Positions 39,794-44,893 of a DNA stretch of 44,893 bases are shown here, piece by piece. Under the pieces are notes generated by a model that was given only the letters and a program-made list of their open reading frames with translations, made no database searches and was not told the DNA's origin. The stretch's first letter is position 1. Each line of letters begins with the position of its first letter. The DNA lies in the NCBI GenBank assembly GCA_039794845.1, contig JAUQVK010000069.1, positions 1 through 44,893 on the forward strand, read 5' to 3'. A program made the translations under genes and the position numbers. This stretch comes from Thermostichus sp. DRC_bins_24. GTDB lineage: Bacteria > Cyanobacteriota > Cyanobacteriia > Thermostichales > Thermostichaceae.

Positions 39794-40837
39794 TTAGGCG
39801 AACATGCGCGCCTCTTTCGGGGGCAGAAACTCCGTGGTTAGAATTTCGCTGGCATCGGGAACTCTTTGCAGGCCATAGCCTTCCGCCACTTGGGCCAGAG
39901 AAGTCTGCAACCGCTGCAGATCCACGGCGCTCACCCCATTGGCACGGGTATCAGGGGTGTCCCAGTAGTTGGCGATGGTGTACTTGAGGCGGGTTAATTC
40001 CGTGTCTTGATCCAAAGCATCTGCCCCTTCAAAGTGCTTGGGCAAGGTGGCAAAAGCCGTGACCGGATCCTTGATGGTTTCCACCAACCCCCTTACATAC
40101 CCGGCCACAAAGCCCCTGGCAATATCCGGATTGGATCTCACATACTCCAGGCGGCTCATGACAACCGGGCCGTAGAGGTTGAGGCCGTAGTCGTTGAAGT
40201 AGAACACCTCCAATTCATCTTCGGAGATGCCCAGTCTTTGCAAGCTGGGCACCACCGAGGGGCCAAAACCGGAGATGGCCTGCACCTCGCCACGGGCCAA
40301 GAGGGGTTCCCGCAGCGCCGGTTCACAATTCACCCATTCCACCGACTCCGGATCCATGCCGATGATATTGGCCAGCACCGGCCATAGACGACGGGCCCCG
40401 TCCCCTGCCGGAGCACCGATCTTCACCCCAGCCAGCTGCTTGGGATCCGTAATGCCGTTTTTCTTGAGGGTGAAAATCCCGCCAGGATGACGGTTTGACT
40501 CGATTACCACTGCAATTAGGGGCACTTCCGGGTTCTTCTCGTTGAACTCCATCATGGAGTACATATCTCCCTTGGAGAAAGCGTAGCGCCCTGCCGCCAA
40601 CTTGGAGAGGGCATCTGCGGATCCCGCCCCCCGCTCAATCGTCACGTTCAGGCCATTTTCCTGGAAAAAACCCCGATCGATGGCCAGTGTAAAAGGGGAA
40701 TCCGGCCCAGCCGGTAGCCAACCATTGGTGATCAAAATATCTCGGGTTTGCCCCATCGCCCGCTGCATGCCCAGGGCAGCAAAAGGCAGGCTGAACATCA
40801 TTGTCGAAGCCAAACGTCTGGATAGCTTACGTGTCAT
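39794..40837 (-). CDS. ABC transporter substrate-binding protein, NMT1/THI5-like
   Basis: Tat-like N-terminus (LSRRL), A.DRGFF.ENGL.V, KIGAPAGD, GLNLYG. Confidence 0.85.
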   Translation of the reverse strand: MTRKLSRRLASTMMFSLPFAALGMQRAMGQTRDILITNGWLPAGPDSPFTLAIDRGFFQENGLNVTIERGAGSADALSKLAAGRYAFSKGDMYSMMEFNEKNPEVPLIAVVIESNRHPGGIFTLKKNGITDPKQLAGVKIGAPAGDGARRLWPVLANIIGMDPESVEWVNCEPALREPLLARGEVQAISGFGPSVVPSLQRLGISEDELEVFYFNDYGLNLYGPVVMSRLEYVRSNPDIARGFVAGYVRGLVETIKDPVTAFATLPKHFEGADALDQDTELTRLKYTIANYWDTPDTRANGVSAVDLQRLQTSLAQVAEGYGLQRVPDASEILTTEFLPPKEARMFA

Positions 40838-40929
40838 GAGGGGTGCTCCAGTTGAGGAAAAATCTTAAATGTGGTCGAAAAACTCAAGCCGACTTAGACC
40901 CACGGATGGACAGCTTTGTTTCAGTGATA

Positions 40930-40971
40930 ATTAGAGTCAAGTTTTCCAAGGGCTTCTGTATAGTCAGCAAC
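40930..40971 (-). promoter_or_regulatory. Possible NtcA box upstream of the binding-protein gene
   Basis: Minus strand GTT-GCTGACTA-TAC (40971-40958), N22, then TCTAAT (weak -10). Confidence 0.4.
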
Positions 40972-41021
40972 CAATCCTTAGGGTTCAGCATCCTTTTTCG
41001 GTGGGCGTGACCAAACCTATT

Positions 41022-42059
41022 TCACCCTTTGCTCACAAGGGATCCCCGTTCACTCTCTCGCAAAAGGGCCATCAGCTTACGGCGCATCAGAATGCTGGGC
41101 TTGTCCGAGAGCATGTGTTGTTCGCTTTCCACAGCCAGGGGGCGATCCGCGGGGATGGTCTCGAGAATCACCCGATCTTCATCCATGACCTGCCGGTTGA
41201 AGGCAATGATGTTGGCAGCGGGGGCATCTTCCTCGCGGTCGCTGCGGATCCAGAAGTGGGCCATCTGGGAGGTGTAGTCGTCGATGGGGGTCATGGCCAC
41301 GAACAGGATCGCCTCTAGGCCATTCGGATACACGATTTTGCCCCGGTGCAGAAAGGGCATAAACCAATCGCCACTGGTGCAGCGCAGGGTGCGGTCTTCC
41401 TTCATGCCCAGGTTGCTCTTTTGCAGGTCATTGTTCACCGCCGGGATCTCGGCGTAGGTGTGAAAGCCGTAGTCGGTTTCACGAATTTCTGAAATAGCCG
41501 GGATTGGGTTACTGGTGTCGCCAAAGGTGCGGGTGTGAACGATGCTGAAATGGGCATTGTCGAAAACATTTTCCATGAAGCTGAAGGCGCTGCACTGCCA
41601 AGCTTCGTAAAAGTCGTGAATTACCCGATAACGGGGATCCTCCGCTTCTGGAAAGTCGGGAATGGGCAGCAGAGGATCCGGCTCTAGGCACACCCAGGCG
41701 TAGTCGTAGCGGATTTGGGTTTGAAAGGCTTTAACCTTGTAGCTGGCCGGGATCCGCTCATGGGGCTGCAGTTGCGGCACCTTTACACAGGCGCCTGTCG
41801 CGTCAAATTGCCAGCCGTGGTAGGGGCACTGAATGCAACCTGCGACCACACAGCCACGGGATAACTGCGCCGTGCGATGACAACAGCGATCTTCCACCGC
41901 GGCCACGGTTCCTTCTGGAGTGAGCCAGAGCACGATTCGCTGGCCAAGCAGCTGAAAAGGTTGGGGGTTCCCGGGCTGGCCCTGGGTCTGTCGGAGATGG
42001 GAAAGGGGCATAACTGGGTACCAAAAACGCCGGAAGACAGGGTGTTGAGTGACCAGCAT
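41022..42059 (-). CDS. Rieske non-heme iron oxygenase, alpha subunit (VanA/NdmA-like demethylase group)
   Basis: Rieske ligands CCHR...CPYHGW and mononuclear Fe motif ENVFDNAHFSIVH. Start placed at MLVTQ because the ATG at 42128 overlaps a predicted -10. Confidence 0.9.
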   Translation of the reverse strand: MLVTQHPVFRRFWYPVMPLSHLRQTQGQPGNPQPFQLLGQRIVLWLTPEGTVAAVEDRCCHRTAQLSRGCVVAGCIQCPYHGWQFDATGACVKVPQLQPHERIPASYKVKAFQTQIRYDYAWVCLEPDPLLPIPDFPEAEDPRYRVIHDFYEAWQCSAFSFMENVFDNAHFSIVHTRTFGDTSNPIPAISEIRETDYGFHTYAEIPAVNNDLQKSNLGMKEDRTLRCTSGDWFMPFLHRGKIVYPNGLEAILFVAMTPIDDYTSQMAHFWIRSDREEDAPAANIIAFNRQVMDEDRVILETIPADRPLAVESEQHMLSDKPSILMRRKLMALLRESERGSLVSKG

Positions 42060-42126
42060 GGGCAAAAGCCTCGTTGAGGGCAAGGGATCCGCTCGATTCG
42101 CAAGCAATTCGTGAATCTCTGTTGGC

Positions 42127-42168
42127 ATGGTAGAGAGGGATCCCGGTGGATTCCGTATCCGTCAACAC
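42127..42168 (-). promoter_or_regulatory. Putative class II NtcA-activated promoter
   Basis: Minus strand GTG-TTGACGGA-TAC, exactly 22 nt, then TACCAT (TAN3T). Confidence 0.55.
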
Positions 42169-42252
42169 TGGCCGGGGCAGGAAATCTCACGTTGATTCCC
42201 GATCAGATAGGACAGTTAAACTCGAACAACTGGATTGCTCACTCCTTTGCCC

Positions 42253-43161
42253 ATGACTGCATATCCTCTGGCGTGGAACCCCATTCAAACCCAAACCCTT
42301 GTGGGCCATACCGGCAGCATTTCGGCCTTAGTTGTGGCGGGAGAGCTGTTGATCAGCGGCAGCACGGATCGCACCGTGCGGATCTGGCATTGGGGATCCG
42401 GCGAATTGCGCCACTGTCTGCGGGGGCATGGGGGGGCGATTCGAGGATTGGGCCTGACCCGTTGGCAGGGACGAGAGCTGCTGGTGAGCGGATGTCGGTT
42501 TGGGGAGGTGCGCTTTTGGGATCCCCTTACGGGCGAGTCGTTGGGGCAGTTAACCACTGGGTTGGAATCGTTGCAGGCACTGGTGGTCAGCAGCGATGGA
42601 TCCCGGCTGGTGTTGGCGGGGGGATCTGATCCGGTGATTCAGGTGTGGGATTTGCACAGTCGCCAGCCCTACCTCAACTTGCGCGGGCATGCGGAGCGCA
42701 TTCATGCCCTCAACCTCAGCCAGGGAGGGGTGTTTCTGGCCAGCCTCAGCGATGACGAAACCGTTTGGGTGTGGGATTTGGTGGCCGGGGAGAGCATTCG
42801 CCGCATTCCCTCCATCGGCCCCTTGAACGCGGCTGCCCTCACCCCTGATGGTCGGCAACTGGCCGGGGGAGGCGTAGACTGCGCCCTGAAACGCTGGGAT
42901 CCCTTCACGGGGGAGCTGCTGGGAGTTCACCCCGAGCACGACAACTGGATCAAGGCAGTGGCGATCGATCCCAGCGGACGCTGGCTGGCAAGCGGCGGCG
43001 ATGACTACAGCATTTGGTTGCATCACCTGCCCCTGTGTGCGCCGCTGAGGGTTTATCGGGATCCTGCCGCCTGTATTAGCGCCCTCACCTTTAGCGCCGA
43101 TGGGCAAACCCTGATCAGTGGAAACCGCTCCGGTGGCATCCGCCTTTGGCGCGTGGTCTAG
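42253..43161 (+). CDS. WD40-repeat protein
   Basis: About seven GH...WD-type repeats. Confidence 0.92.
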   Translation: MTAYPLAWNPIQTQTLVGHTGSISALVVAGELLISGSTDRTVRIWHWGSGELRHCLRGHGGAIRGLGLTRWQGRELLVSGCRFGEVRFWDPLTGESLGQLTTGLESLQALVVSSDGSRLVLAGGSDPVIQVWDLHSRQPYLNLRGHAERIHALNLSQGGVFLASLSDDETVWVWDLVAGESIRRIPSIGPLNAAALTPDGRQLAGGGVDCALKRWDPFTGELLGVHPEHDNWIKAVAIDPSGRWLASGGDDYSIWLHHLPLCAPLRVYRDPAACISALTFSADGQTLISGNRSGGIRLWRVV

Positions 43162-44893
43162 AAGCCGATCCCCGACAGCACCACCATCACCACCACCGCC
43201 GCAAAGATGATCAGAGCGTAAAACTGGGCCTTGCCGCTCTCCAGGTATTTCATCACCTCGCCGCTCACCACTGCGATTAGCCCAGCCAAGTTGACCATAC
43301 CATCGACAATGCGGCTGTCCACCTCCAGCGCTTCCCGGGCGACAAAGCGGGTGCCCTGCACAAAGACGCGATTGTAGAGGTCATCGAAGTACCACTTGTT
43401 CAGGGAGAAGTAGTAGAGAGGCTGCAAACTCTGGGGGAAAGTGCCGGGATCGATGCGTTTAGACCAATAGATCAAGCTGGCCAAGGTAATGCCGAGGAGG
43501 CCAATGCCGACGGAGCTTCCTGCCATGATCAGAAACTCCGACCACTCGAAGTGCCCCGCCACCACTTCCGCCCATTCTTCGGCGACCCGGGGCAAAATCG
43601 AGCCAGCTTCCCCCAGGTGCTCCCCAGGTGGATGGATAAAGGCCTCAAAGTAGTTGGCAAAAGGGGTGCCAACCAAGCCAATCAACACCGAAGGCACCGC
43701 CAAAGCCACCAATGGGAAGGTCATGGACCAAGGGGATTCATGGGGCTCAGAGGCATGGTGATCGGGATCCCCATGGGCATCTTCCGCAGCTTCGGGATGG
43801 CTGCTGGGCTGGGGTTTTTCTTGAATGTTCATGGCACCGGGGCCAAAGGCCGGTTTACCCGCAAAGGCATAGGCAAAGGCGGGCACGGGGCGACCCTCAC
43901 TGACCGCTACTTCTTTTTGCAGGGTAAGGTTGGTGCCGCGAAATTCCCCTTCAAAGGTGAGGAAGTACATGCGGAACATGTAAAAGGCGGTGATCCCAGC
44001 CGTTAAAAAGCCCACGCCCCACAGAGCCGGGTTGTGCTCAAAAACAGAACCCAAAATTTCATCCTTCGACCAAAACCCAGCAAAGGGCGGGATCCCACAA
44101 ATGGCCAACGTCCCGATTAAGAAGGTAATAGCGGTGATGGGCATGTATTTGCGCAAGCCCCCCATCAGGCGCATGTCTTGAGCCAAGGCAGGGTTGTGAC
44201 CCACTACGGCTTCCATGCCGTGAATGACAGAGCCGGATCCCAAAAAGAGCATCGCCTTGAAATAGGCGTGGGTCATCAGGTGAAACAGACCCGCCCCATA
44301 GGCGCCGGATCCCATGGCCATGATCATGTAGCCCAACTGGGAGATGGTGGAGTAGGCCAAGCCCTTTTTAATGTCGTTTTGGGTAATGGCGATGCTGGCT
44401 CCCAAAAAGGCGGTACCGGCCCCTGTCCAGGCGATGATATCCATCACCACAGGGATCCCTTCAAACACGGGGAACATGCGGGCCACGAGAAAGACCCCTG
44501 CCGCTACCATCGTTGCTGCGTGGATCAAAGCCGAAATCGGAGTAGGACCTTCCATCGCATCCGGCAGCCACACATGGAGCGGGAACTGGGCTGACTTAGC
44601 CACTGGCCCCAAGAAGACCAACACCGCAAACAGGGCGATCAAGGTGGTGCTCACGGAGCCAGACGCCAACATCTCCTGCAGGTTACGCCCGATCTCATTG
44701 AACTCGAAGGTGCCAGAAATCCAGTACAGGCCGAGCATACCGAGCAAGAGGCCAAAGTCGCCGACGCGGTTGACCACAAAGGCTTTTTGGGCTGCTTCCG
44801 CCGCCGCCTGCCGATCATGCCAAAAGCCGATGAGCAGGTAAGAGCACATCCCCACCAGCTCCCAAAAGATGTAAATCTGCACCAGGTTGGGGC
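43158..44893 (-). CDS. ndhF: NAD(P)H-quinone oxidoreductase subunit 5 (NdhF1 type); 5' end lies outside the window
   Basis: WELVG, NRVGD, KSAQFPLHVWLPDAMEGPTPISALIHAATMV, HAYFKA. Confidence 0.97.
   Translation of the reverse strand, partial: PNLVQIYIFWELVGMCSYLLIGFWHDRQAAAEAAQKAFVVNRVGDFGLLLGMLGLYWISGTFEFNEIGRNLQEMLASGSVSTTLIALFAVLVFLGPVAKSAQFPLHVWLPDAMEGPTPISALIHAATMVAAGVFLVARMFPVFEGIPVVMDIIAWTGAGTAFLGASIAITQNDIKKGLAYSTISQLGYMIMAMGSGAYGAGLFHLMTHAYFKAMLFLGSGSVIHGMEAVVGHNPALAQDMRLMGGLRKYMPITAITFLIGTLAICGIPPFAGFWSKDEILGSVFEHNPALWGVGFLTAGITAFYMFRMYFLTFEGEFRGTNLTLQKEVAVSEGRPVPAFAYAFAGKPAFGPGAMNIQEKPQPSSHPEAAEDAHGDPDHHASEPHESPWSMTFPLVALAVPSVLIGLVGTPFANYFEAFIHPPGEHLGEAGSILPRVAEEWAEVVAGHFEWSEFLIMAGSSVGIGLLGITLASLIYWSKRIDPGTFPQSLQPLYYFSLNKWYFDDLYNRVFVQGTRFVAREALEVDSRIVDGMVNLAGLIAVVSGEVMKYLESGKAQFYALIIFAAVVVMVVLSGIGF

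Overview
A 44.9-kb, mostly core-genome window from a cyanobacterium. The very frequent palindrome GGGATCCC and the gene set point to the Thermostichus / Yellowstone Synechococcus lineage (inference). Housekeeping genes include glcF, an acyl-ACP synthetase, ctaA-ctaB divergent from the ctaCDE aa3 oxidase operon, HIT, cobH, a group-2 sigma factor, ccsA, tig, leuC, a HerA-type ATPase, a cyAbrB regulator, coaBC, a Ca2+/H+ antiporter, MscS, scpB and a partial ndhF. Direct reading found several things the ORF track misses: a 55-aa SmtA metallothionein with no smtB beside it; an IS701 transposase broken by a 14-bp tandem duplication; a decayed TnpB (IS200/IS605) whose right end abuts the smtA upstream region; a 135-bp TA-flanked MITE with a second partial copy; and a decayed paralog of the window's Rieske oxygenase. 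The best candidate for an undescribed system is a dispersed, putatively NtcA-controlled set of genes (Rieske oxygenase, NMT1/THI5-type binding protein, FAD oxidoreductase, nearby GFA protein) that may scavenge nitrogen from methylated N-heterocycles. No CRISPR array, tRNA or rRNA was recognised.
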